This document shows positions 24,101 through 35,519 of a stretch of 64,000 nucleotides of DNA, in pieces. A program made the position numbers and the translations under genes. Location of the stretch: positions 468,184-532,183 of the forward strand of contig NW_003314272.1 in the NCBI RefSeq assembly GCF_000143415.4, given 5' to 3'. Positions within the stretch are counted from its first letter, which is position 1; each line of letters begins with the position of its first letter. Under the pieces are notes generated by a model. The model searched no databases. It was not told the origin of the DNA and was given only the letters and a program-made list of their open reading frames with translations. The DNA comes from Selaginella moellendorffii (taxonomy: Eukaryota; Plantae; Lycopodiophyta).

Positions 24101-26560
24101 GACAGTGGTCATAAAAAGTGAAAGCACGTTGGACAGTCGTCGAGATCAGAGGCATTTGATTCGAAAAGGAAGAAGGGCAACGAAAAGATGATAGGTAATG
24201 CCTCGCGGTTATGGCGTGTGTGCTCATGCCATTCATTGTAGATCAAGGGCTGAGTGAAAGCAGGCAGTCACCACCTCCTGACTCAGATTCCTATGGCGGA
24301 CTCCCCTTCCCCAATCTCAATGAAGAGGTACAATGGATGAGGGATGCTTTTCAAGTCAGGGCCACGTTTTTCTCATCTCGTCGTCTTCGAAGGGTGCAAG
24401 AACGTGCAAAAACCATGTTAAGACAGTCGGGTGAGGATACGGTCCTAGGTCACGCACTAAAACAGGCTATGGATGTCTTGTATTTTGAGATGGAGACTCG
24501 GCCAGATGATTTTCCCAAGATGGTCCTGGAAGAACAAGCCATCCAGCCTGAGCAGCCTATGGAAGAAATGCAGGAGGGGGATGAGGAGCCAGAGAAAGAT
24601 AATGAGCAGGAAGAGCAGAAGGACGAAGAGGAGGACAAAGAAGAGGAGGACGAAGAAGAGGAGGACGAAGAGGACTTGGATGGTCCTCACAATGGTGACG
24701 ATCACAATAACGACGACGACGACGATGATGACGATGGCCAGCCTGAGGTGGCCAAAGAGCAGCGGAGGAAGGTCATACAAGACAAACCATCAGGTAAATA
24801 ATAGTACATCCATTCCTAACCCTTTACCATTTCTAACATTGTCCATGTAGGTCGCAGAGCAAATGGTAAGTAGAGATTATTCAGTTGAATTTACAAACTC
24901 TAGCCTTTAGTGTCGAGGAAGGATAGTGCCAAGTAAGGGTTGAAACGTATGTCCAATCCTTCAGAATCAGCAGTGCGCCCAAGTGATATCGGTCATAGTT
25001 CCTCAATAGCAGTTGATGGTAAATACAGTATAGTCGATTCAATGTGCTAATGAGTTTGTTTTTAGTAGCACGGGAGGATACCATCTCAATCGAAGGGAGA
25101 TATTTGGACATGCATATGGATCCACCAGTGGACTCTACTTGCCTACAAGAGTCATCAGAGCTGGTGGAGGCTACTATCCATATCAACGCCAAGCAAGCTG
25201 ACCACGCTCCACTTGATGCTGCCCATACCACTAAGTCAATCTTGTCCACGTATCCAACTGACGGTGACCAGGCGCCATTGGACCCGCATGAGGCCGCCCC
25301 AGCCGCCGAGCCGGTCGTATCCTCATTTCCAACGGACTCAATGTGTGCCCAATCGTCTGACTACGCGCCGTTGGAACCTCCCTACACCGCCCCTGCTGCC
25401 TGTTCGGTCATGTCCACTTTGCCAACGGAGGCACCAGCTGAAATGGCGTATGATCACACGCCATCAAAACCACCCCATGCCACTGTTGAGCCAGTTGTAC
25501 CAGAGTCTACAGCTGAAATGGCATGTGCCCACACGCCATCGGATGCAATTGACCCCACATTGCAGAGGAGAGTATTTCCGCCCTTCACGTTTCCTTGACC
25601 AAAACCCTCTCAACGACCATCGGGAGCACCATTCGCTAATATTGTAGATGGTAAAATTGACTTGTACCATTTTTTATGCTGACGCATTTCATTTCAGAGT
25701 CACGGCGAAGGTACTGTATCATTTTTGATCTGAACGGTGTCCTTTTCTCCCATGAGCGTGGCTCGTCCTCGAATGTCATTGCACCCTCCAAAGCCTGCGG
25801 TCGCAAGTTGGTCAAAAGAGACAGATTCACATTAATCACACGGGAGAAACTGCGGGATCTAATAATGACCATGCGACACTTAAAACAGAGGGCTGGGTTC
25901 AATTTGCAATTGGGAGTTTGGACATCCATGATGCGCCACAATGCATTAACGTTGTTACAGATGATGCACGATCAGACGCGAGTAATATTACCATTTGACT
26001 TTCTCCTAACGCAGGAGGATTGCTTGACTATGGTCCATGTGAGGGGTAGCAAGCCCATCTTCGTCAAGCCAGAGGCTGTAGTGATGAACCGAACTGCTAG
26101 CTCAAGTGAAATCCTCATCATCGATGACTCGCCGATTAAAACTACAGCGAACACGCACACATATGCAGTGCACCCCATCTCTTGCAGTATGGAAACTAGG
26201 GAGAAGAAACTGTATGTTCTGGGGGACCTTGCAAAACGGCTTGGAGCGATGGTGATAGAGAACCGGCCAGTCCAGGAGGTGGCTGCAGAAATCAACCAAA
26301 TGGCAGATGGAACGGTATATCAGAAGCCATTTGATCGGACAAACACCAGTCATCATTTATGGCATGTATATTGTCTAGCCAAGCACTATCCGCATCTCCA
26401 TAATCTGCTCAACCGGATGGGTTCTTCGACCACTGAACATGAGCGTGGACGTATTAGAGAAGAGATGGCATTACTATTGGGTTTAAATCCTGATAGTGTG
26501 GAGAGTGATGAAATTCCAAGATTATTGTATAGGCGTTGGAGGAAAAAAATAACAGTCTGA
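21195..26560 (+). pseudogene. Multi-exon transposon cargo gene: ParB/Srx-like + N6/N4-MTase-like + acidic region + FCP1/NIF HAD phosphatase
   Basis: Nine predicted GT-AG introns (22371-22412, 23737-23786, 23874-23911, 24002-24050, 24195-24241, 24794-24850, 24866-24910, 25019-25065, 25651-25697) join ORFs 21231, 23028, 23884, 23918, 24211, 25044 and 25676 into one frame (1636 codons from 21231). Four in-frame stops at 22932, 24119, 24934 and 25596. NIF motifs FDLNGVL, VWTS, KPIFVKP, IIDDSPIK. 5' exons uncertain. Confidence 0.72.
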
Positions 26561-27014
26561 GATGGCACGTATTTATTTAAAAATGTAACTTATTATGGCA
26601 TGGGGTTCCATGCCATTGTATTAATATTAAAAGACAATTCTTTGAGAGGATTTGCATTATACTAGAAGTGTTACAGCATGTTATTGGAAGTCTACGAAAT
26701 TGTTTTATTAATAAGGGGAAAGTAAAGATTGAATGGGGACTTGGGCTCCACTTAGACTCGGAGCAACTGAGCCAATATTAAAAGGATGGAAAGAAATTGG
26801 ACGACGATGACAAGGAGAAGAGAGAGGTGAAGTAGTGGCAGGGGGAGGAGAAGTGATTGAGTAGACATTTCCTTGTTTAAAATAAAATGGCATGTGCCTC
26901 AATGCAGTTGAATTTTGTTATATTTATATACTATATAAAGGTTTGGAAACCTTATTTTACAAGTGGGATAATGACAATTCCCACTTTAACAAAATAGAGC
27001 TTAGTTCCATTTAG

Positions 27015-27707
27015 CCTTGCTATATTCATGTTTATTTTACTATTTATGTTCAACCTCATTCCACTATTGCATTTGTTCGATCTCATTATATCACTATACT
27101 CATCTTTACTTTACAATCTATATGATTTGTTTTTGTTCCACTACTATATCCATTAATTCTCACTCTATTGTCAAGGCCGGACTCTCAACTGTTTCCTCTA
27201 CCCCCCTCCTTTAAAGAATTTTTTTTTGAAATGTTGGGGCAAAGAGGAGAGAACAAGATAAATTAAAGATGTGAAAGAAGAAAAAGTGAATAAAAAAGCA
27301 TTAGAAAGGGAATTTTTAGTAATTGTCAATGTGAAAATAGGGAAATAAAAAGAAAGATATATGCTCAAAACTTGGAAAATTAAGAACTTTCTATCATAAA
27401 ATACTTCAACCACCACTATATAAATAAAAAATTCACACTATTCAACCTCGTCATGAGATGGGAAAATCAATAAAAATGTTCACACTCTTAAGAAAATATA
27501 TAAACTCCTTAATAATAATGGTAAAGCAAAAGCTCTCAATGGCACTAACAAGTGAGGACATGTGACTCAACCCTTGAAATAGAGAATAATCAACACTAGA
27601 ATTGATCAAAGATTCTACTAATGAAACAAAAGTAAGATTTTCAACTTTATGCGCATACTAAACATCCAAATTAGTATGAGGAGGATAGAAAACACTCAAC
27701 TCAACAT
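27015..27707 (-). repeat. Right arm of the long inverted repeat, inner part (continues at 33272-33450 beyond Gypsy copy 2)
   Basis: Reverse complement aligns by eye to 13335-14035; the alignment resumes across the AACAT TSD. Confidence 0.75.
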
Positions 27708-30700
27708 TGTCAAGACCCCCAACAAGATCAAGACTGGAAAATGCTAAGACAAAGAGAAAAAGCTAGTGAAAACAAAGAAGAGGCCTTAGACTGGTGTTGA
27801 TTCAGATTGTGGAGAAATGGAACAAGGCTAACCTATATATACTATAGGTTGATGAAGCTCCACCACTCTTGAATCGAGGACGGCCTAAATATAGCTGAGG
27901 TCGAGGAGGCGCCACATCATCATCAGGAATGTGGCTCGAGACTCAGGAATCGGGAAGTGTCTCGAGAGTCAGGAATAGGGAAGTGTCTCGAGAGTCAGGA
28001 ATAGGGAAGTGTCTCGAGAGTCAGGAATGTGGTTTGCAGGTCAGGATTCCGGCGAGAGTCAAGAATGTGGCAAGAATCGGGGGATTCCTGACAGCACCCC
28101 CTCCTCAAGAACGAGTGGAACGAGGATGTGAACGAGAACGAAGAGGAGGATGAGATGAGTGGCGAGGGATGGGAGATGGAGAAAAAGAATGAGGACTGGG
28201 ATGAGAAGGATAGCGGCGGTGGAAGTCCTGAACAAGGTCAGGAGAATGAATTAGGTTGTCCGCAGGTTCCCAAGTGTGTTCCTCAGGTCCGTAACCCTTC
28301 CAGTCCACCAGATAGTAGAGTTTAGACCGTGAAATCTTGGAATCAAGGATGTCCTGAACCTCATACTCAGACCCATCCTCGAGCTGCACTGGTGGAGGCG
28401 GAGGAATGACCTGATTTGGAATAGGACTGGGAATATAAGGCTCAAGGAGAGAGGAGTGAAAAACGGGGTGAATTTGATATGAGGAGGGAAGTGCAAGGCG
28501 ATAAGTGACAGGATTAATGATGGCAATGATAGGGAAAGGACCAAGGCGTTTGAAATCGAGTTTTGGACAGGGCCTGGTGGTGGAGATATTTCGCCTGAGG
28601 AGCCAGACTTTATCCCCGATATTGTAAGGGGGACAATCCTGACGATGGACATTGGCAAATGTTTTATGAGATTCCTGAGCACGATGGAGGTGGAAGGAGA
28701 TGGAGTTGTGGATTTCCTGGAGGTTGGAGATAAATGCCTCAGAGCGGGGATTTGAACGAGAGGATTCAGATGGAGAAGGAAGTGAGAGATTGAATCGGGG
28801 ATTTCGGCCAAAGTTTGCAAAGAAGGGGGAAACTCGAAGAGAGGAGTGAACAGAGTTGTTATAGGAGAACTCAGCAAGTGGAAGGATATCGAACCAGTTA
28901 TCCTGATGATAGTTGATGAAGCACCTCAAGAATTGCTCCAACGTCTGAATCGTTCGCTCGGACTGCCCATCAGTTTGAGGATGATATGCCGAAGAGAGGT
29001 TGGCCTTCACTCCAAGCAGCTGCAAAAACCGTTGCCAGAAATGAGAGATGAACTGAGGCCCCCGATCTGAAACCACATCTGTAGGAATCCCATGAAGTCG
29101 GAAAATTTCCCTGAATACCAGTTTTGCCATGTCCTCGCCCGAAAACTCCTTGGTACATGGCAAGAAGTGCGCCATCTTTGTGAAGCGATCCACCACAACT
29201 AAAATGCTGTTGAAGCCTCCAGAACTCGGAAGATCACTCAAGAAATCCATGGAGATGGATTCCCAAGGACCTGAAGGGACCGGAAGGGAACGAAGCAAAC
29301 CTGAAGGAAGGTGGCGAGGTACCTTATTCCGGGCACAAGTGTCACAGGAGGTAACAAAAGCTTTGATGTAGTCGTCCATGTGAGGCCACCAAAAGTCCCG
29401 TGCAACTAGCTCATAGGGTTTTGCAATGCCAAAGTGACCAGCAATCGGGCTATCGTGGCACGCCATCAGGACCAACCTTCGAGCATCACCTTCAGGAACA
29501 TAAAGCTGCTCCCCACGGTACAATAAACCATCTAAGAACTCGAACTCGTCAAATCACCGACAGTCGGGAGTCACTGGGTGTCCAGCCTAAAGATGGGGGA
29601 AAATGTCGCTAGCGAGATCATCGGATTGAAGATTGTTTCTGATTGCATCCATCAAGGAGGAGTCCTGAGGGGCCAGGGAAATTGCCATAACTTGAAGCCG
29701 ATCAGGACCGAGGATAACTTGATCCTGTTGATCGAAGGCAGGATTACCAGGCCTGAGACTGAGATAGGAGCGCCTTGAAAGAGCATCAGAAAGGCCTTGA
29801 AACTTTCCAGGTCTGTACTTGATAACAAAGTCAAACCGACTTAGGAATTGTGCCCACCTTGCTTGACGACGGCTTAAAACTCGGGAAGTGGCAAAGTACT
29901 CGAGATTTTTGTGATCCGTCCAGACTGTTGTTTGATGGCTCGCCCCCTCCAAGAAACGGCGCCACTCTCCAAACGAATCCACGATGGCAAGGAGCTCCTT
30001 GTCATGGATTTCGTAATTGATCTCCGCAGGCTGGAATTTCCGAGAATGGAAAGCGACCGGATGAAGTTCGTGATCCGCTCCGAGTTGAGACAGCATAGCA
30101 CCAATGGCAAAGTCGGAGGCATCAGCCTCGATGAAGAAAGGTTGTGAGGAATCAGCATGGATCAAGACAGGAGCAGAACTGAAGGCCGCCTTGAGTGTGT
30201 CGAAGGCCTGCTGGGCAGCAGCAGACCAAGAGAAGGGAACATCCTTGCGAGTGAGATGTGTGAGAGGAAGGACAATGTCAGAGTAGTGATCAATGAATTT
30301 GCGGTAGAAGTTGGCGAAGCCAAGGAAAACCTGAACGTCCGACATTGATTGTGGAGGCTCCCATTCGAGAATAGTCTTGACTTTGGCAGGATCCATCGTG
30401 ATACCCTCAGGAGTGACAATGTACCCAAGGAACTCCACAGACTGCTGATCAAAGGAACATTTCTCAAGCTTCGCGTATAGGCCGTGTTCTCGCAGCTTCG
30501 CTAGCACCTTGCGTACATGTTCGTCATGCTCCTCCTGAGTTTTTGAGTAGATGAGGATGTCATCGAGGTAGACAATCACCATCTGATCAAGAAACTCCCG
30601 AAAGACGTCGTTTGCCATGTGTTGGAAAACTGCTGGAGCATTTGTCAAGCCAAATGGCATGACAGTGTACTCGAAGTGGCCATAGCGGGTTCGGAACGCA

Positions 30701-33266
30701 GTCTTCCATTCATCACCAGGCCGGATCCGGATCAGGTTGTATGCTCCACGGAGGTCGATCTTGGTGAAGAAGCGGGCACCGCCGAGACGTTCCAACAGGT
30801 TCGAGATCAGGGGCAGCGGATAACGGTTCCGAACAGTCACCTTATTCAGACCTCGGTAGTCGATGACTAGCCGCAAGCTCCCATCCTTCTTCTTGACAAA
30901 GAAGACAGGCGCTCCAGCCGGGGACTGCGAATGCTGAATGTAGCCCGAGGCAAGGTTCTCATCCACGTACTCTTTGAGGGCCTTAAGCTTGGACGGGGAT
31001 AACCCGTAGATAGGCCCCCACGGAGGTGACGCTCCATCCTGTAAATCAATGGGACAATCATAATGCCGATGAACAGGCAGTACACTAGCTTTTTTCTTGT
31101 CAAACACATCCCCAAAATCATGATACTTCTTAGGAAGACTGACAGGAAAAACATGCAAAGCAAAAAGAAAAAGAGGTTCTTCATGAAGGAGTTCTTTCAT
31201 AGTGATTGTGGAGATAGGAGGAGGCGTACGACTAAATGGAATGATGAGACGAGGATACGGTCCAGTGTAAGATGGAAGAGAGGAAAAAGAAGAGGGTGAA
31301 AACTTTATAGAGTCAGGAACAGAACCCCGATTAGAGTTTAGGGAACTTTTCCTGATTCGGACTCGATGAACAGTAGGGGAAGCCGTGGGAGAGATGAGCT
31401 GTAATTCCTTCCAACAGATTTGAGGCTGATGTAGTTGGAACCAAGGAAGACCGAGCACCACAGAGGAGGACTTGCTGTTGATGATGTTGAAGGCGATATC
31501 GGTGACGGTGGACCCGATGTGTACTCGAACGGGCAACGTTTCCCTAAGTCCAGAAGATGGAGACACAAAATGCCCGCCGATGCCTTCAACCCTCAAATCC
31601 CGTATGGTAGGAGAAAGAGGAACGTGATGTCGGGCAGCAAATTCCGTGTCCATGAAGCAGGAAGTTGCACCCAAGTCTAGTAACGCCAGAGCCTTAAGTC
31701 CTGATTGTCTGGTGAAAGAAAGGAGACATGGGACGCGGAAGTTGTGGGAATTGGTGGTGGCTTTGATGAAAGGTGGTGAGGAGCTTGATAACGAAGAAAA
31801 GTGATTTTTATTCGGGGAGTCCAAACAGACAGCTCCTACTCTGTTTGGACAGGGTCATTTCCCGACTGCAATAGAGGTGGACTTTGAGGCAGAGTGAACT
31901 CGAGCAGTCGAGGAGGCTTCTTGGGACATACAGCTGCTTTGTGATTAGGATCAGCACAATAGAGGCAAAGATTATGAGATATTCGACGTTGCTTCTCAGC
32001 AGGACTCAACTTCCCTCTAATGAGTCGGGGAGTACCAGAAATATCCATCGGGACCGGAGCAGTAGGTTCAGGACTATGCCCCGAAGACTCAAGCTGGGAT
32101 TCCTAAGTCTGGGACGGAAAAACAGCGGCGCGGCGACTTTCCTGACGACGTTCAAAGAGACGATTGTCACATCTAACAGCTTTGTTGATGGCGTCCGACA
32201 GGTCCTTGGGATCCTCCATAGTGAGCAACAAATCCTTGACACCATTGTTGAGGCCGAAACGAAATTGGTCAATCAGGGCCCGCTCATCCCACTGAGTGTC
32301 CAAAGCAAGGAGTTGGAACTCTGCAGCGTAGATCGAGGCAGGACGAGACCCCTGAGAGAGACGTCTCATCTTTGTGGTAGCAGCCCGAACCCGATCCGTC
32401 TCGCCAAAACATGCTTCGAGCTTCTCTTTGAACAATTGAAGATCCATCAGTTCTGGAACCACGACCCCTTTCATGCTCTTCTCCAAAAGAGGAGAAAACC
32501 ATGACAAAGCTGCACCTTCGAGCAACGTCCCAATCGCGCCGATTTGAGACTCGGGAGTAGGGTACCGCCGATGTTGAAGTGCGAAGATCAACTCCATCTG
32601 GTTCAGGAATCCGCGAAGCTCCGAACGCTTGCCTGAAAATTTTGCCGGGAAGCTCACCTTCGGTTCAGGAACTTTGCTGGATCCTTGAGCCGAAAGTGAA
32701 GCAAGCTCCTGCTGCATGCGAAGAAGGGTCGCCTTCAGCTCGGTATTCTCAGACTGGATTTTTGCAAGGACTTCAGCAAAGAAATCACGATGGCTTGGAG
32801 ACTCCATTGGCAAGAAGAAAGAAAAAAGGGGGAAAAAAAAAGGCAAAGGTAATCATAAAATCAAAGCAAGCTAAAAGAAAAGCAAAAACCACAATCTGAA
32901 TCAAACTGTCAAGACCCCCAACAAGATCAAGACTGGAAAATGCTAAGACAAAGAGAAAAAGCTAATGAAAACAAAGAAGAGGCCTTAGACTGGTGTTGAT
33001 TCAGATTGTGGAGAAATGGAACAAGGCTAACCTATATATACTATAGGTTGATGAAGCTCCACCACTCTTGAATCGAGGACGGCCTAAATATAGCTGAGGT
33101 CGAGGAGGCGCCACATCATCATCAGGAATGTGGCTCGAGAGTCAGGAATAGGGAAGTGTCTCGAGAGTCAGGAATAGGGAAGTGTCTCGAGAGTCAGGAA
33201 TGTGGTTTGCAGGTCAGGAATCCGGCGAGAGTCAAGAATGTGGCAAGAATTGGGGGATTCCTGACA
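27708..33266 (-). mobile_element. Ty3/Gypsy chromovirus LTR retrotransposon, copy 2 (same family as copy 1)
   Basis: 5' LTR 32907-33266 (360 bp), 3' LTR 27708-28093 (386 bp); TSD AACAT at 27703-27707 and 33267-33271; PPT at 28097-28106; PBS at 32889-32904. Confidence 0.97.
28105..32807 (-). pseudogene. gag-pol polyprotein of copy 2, nearly intact
   Basis: Same domains as copy 1. Only two premature TAG codons evident (32103-32105 and 29587-29589), both CAG in copy 1. Confidence 0.93.
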
Positions 33267-34303
33267 AACATTAGACTGAAAATAAGAATTATAAAAATTA
33301 CAAATGATTGATATGCCAGGAGAAGGAAATATTGTAAATAAAGAAAAAAAACTAAGAACATGGAAAGGTGCCTCAGGTGTCGAGAATAAAAAAAGGTTGG
33401 GAAAGAGTAAAAGTAAAGATAAAATATTAGTAACTTGAAAGATTGATAAACATAAATGTATATTATCCTATGTCCTATAGAGATTAAACAACATCAAGAG
33501 CACACTTTCACAAAGAGAAACTAGGTAGCACTAGATATTCATGCTCATAGTATATTAATTGGGGTTTAAACCCATGTTTATGGATCATACTCAATTTTAA
33601 ATGGACACATAATATTTAGTATATTACCTAACCAGGGTAATGCATGTATATATATATAAGTTAAGAAACTATAAATAAACCTATATTAAAATTTATATAA
33701 TAAATATAATTATAAAAAACATTTTCTCAATATTTAATTTTACATCATAGCAATTTCTTTTTAACACTACACAAAAGATATAAAACTTACACTCATAATT
33801 TTTTTATTTTTTTCATAAATTTAGAATTCATTTTAATGAGATTCCCTTGCCAGCCAAGGTGGGAAAGAAGTGGTAACTGTTTTTTTTCTTTTATGTGTGA
33901 AACACATCCCCTTGTCAACTTTTACTGTCCAAAGGGTCCTCGAGTAGCCGTGTTGAACCAGTCAATGCGTCCAAATGAGATTTTGGTTGTAGGACCTCCT
34001 TAAGAGCTGATATTTCAGTCATTGCAAGAAGTGCCGCCCGGAACTACTACAACGTGGTAGGAATTTGTGAGGAACTCTCCGACTTGGATCCGGCAGAGGG
34101 AGAGGTAGTTGCTGTGAAGAGCTGCGACAGAGTTATAGAGAAGGTGGTCAGGCAACATCGATGGTGGAGCTGAGTTTTCTAGTAAGCCGGGCAAATATAC
34201 TTTTGTGCAAAATTGTTCTTTTTTTTTATTGTATCCGATGCTGACATGCAAATATTCTTTGCCATGTGGCAACAAGATTCAAGAATTATCCGCAGGGATT
34301 ATC

Positions 34304-34804
34304 ATGGCGACAAGCTTCCAGGACGCGCCAGTCATTGTCCGCAATGCTGCCAATGGGCGCAAGATTTTCATGGCCAAATGCTCAGACTGTCACGCAGTGG
34401 AGAGCGATGGCGGCCACAAGCTTGGTAAGGCCCAGCTGATCGATGATTTTTGTCCTTGTAGTTTCGGAATTTTACTGTGGCCCTTGATCTCGATCGGTTC
34501 CAGGCCCCAATCTCCACGGCTTGTTTGGAAGGCAAGCAGGGACCGCGCCAGGCTACGCATTCTCGCCGGCAAACAAGAACACGAAAGTAATCTGGGACGA
34601 GGGAGCGCTTTTCGACTACATTTTTTATCCGAACAAGGTACCACAGCCATTATCTCTTGACGATCGCGCAGTACTGCTAGAATTATCCAGTGTTTCTCCT
34701 CCACTCCATCGCAGTTCTTTCCAGGAACGAAAAAGCCCTATGATGGCCTCGCTTCCCCGCAGGAGAGAGTCGACCTGATCGCGTATTTGAAAAGAGCGTG
34801 CTGA
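34304..34804 (+). CDS. Cytochrome c-like protein (3 exons), Met80 replaced by Lys
   Basis: [13 protein letters not shown] heme motif; [18 protein letters not shown]; IWDE; last exon [12 protein letters not shown]...RVDLIAYLK; two GT-AG introns. Confidence 0.9.
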
Positions 34805-35519
34805 CCGGCCGTAAGGTTTCTGACTGCCTGTAGCCAGTTGCTGGAAGTTCTGCGAAGGGCCTGGCAATTCTGGCGGAATTTTCTTGGTGTCCAAACGGGA
34901 CATAACTATTTTGAATCCTTTATCTTTGGAGGAACTTCATCGGTTTGCTACTTCTTTCGTAGACTTTCACGGCGGTGCCTGGACACACTGGATAATCTTC
35001 GCTATGGGCACGTAGAAATCGATGTCTCTCCCCAAAAAGGGTGTCTTTTTATAATCTAAAAATTAAAAAGAAACACGCAAACTTGAAAAATCATAAACTG
35101 AGCTAAATTTCAATATTTACTTGTATAGCACATTGCGTGGGCCCCGCGGTTGCAACGTGGCTGCCCGTTGCAGCCGCGGGGATGGCGTTCGCGTCTTCTC
35201 CAGTCGCGATCTCAACGACTGCATCCAGAACGTCGAGGGAGTTCTCCAGTGCTGCTAGATCCTTCTGGATGATCAAACTATATCCATATGATGAAAGATG
35301 AATAACTGAGTGAGCTCCCATATGATCTCTCTCCTTGTGATGTTCATAAAAAAATGTTTCGCTGTTCTGATCAAATAAAACTTACTCACGGAAGTTTCCA
35401 GTCTTACTTGTACAACTTTTTCTCATACAAAATTTATATTAAATTAAGGTATATTATTCCTAATAAATGAGAATTTCTTTCACTTTAAAGTCTATGATCC
35501 TTATTAATGTCCCGTTTCA

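Larger units (their letters stand above)
14941..26908. repeat. Dispersed 22-bp dyad ATGGCRTG-N6-CAYGCCAT, 22 copies
   Basis: Starts at 14941, 15257, 15310, 16652, 16709, 18546, 18616, 18714, 19371, 20215, 20294, 20981, 21058, 21118, 22380, 23879, 24020, 24211, 25443, 25518, 26595 and 26887. Some copies are degenerate; the spacer is always 6 nt, typically WGGCCW. Confidence 0.92.
14714..27003. mobile_element. Large Sola-like DDD DNA transposon with cargo gene
   Basis: Transposase plus divergent large gene; 25-bp inverted repeat TAAGCTCTATTTYGTTAAAGTGGGA (24/25) at 14714-14738 and 26979-27003; element-restricted 22-bp palindromes. True termini uncertain. Confidence 0.72.

Noticed and set aside
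14941-26908. 22-bp palindromes as a CRISPR array or bacterial REP elements
   Set aside because: Irregular spacing (tens of bp to kb), located in introns and exons, no cas genes, eukaryotic context.
3035-33266. The two Gypsy copies as ends of one composite transposon
   Set aside because: Each has its own distinct TSD, so they inserted independently.
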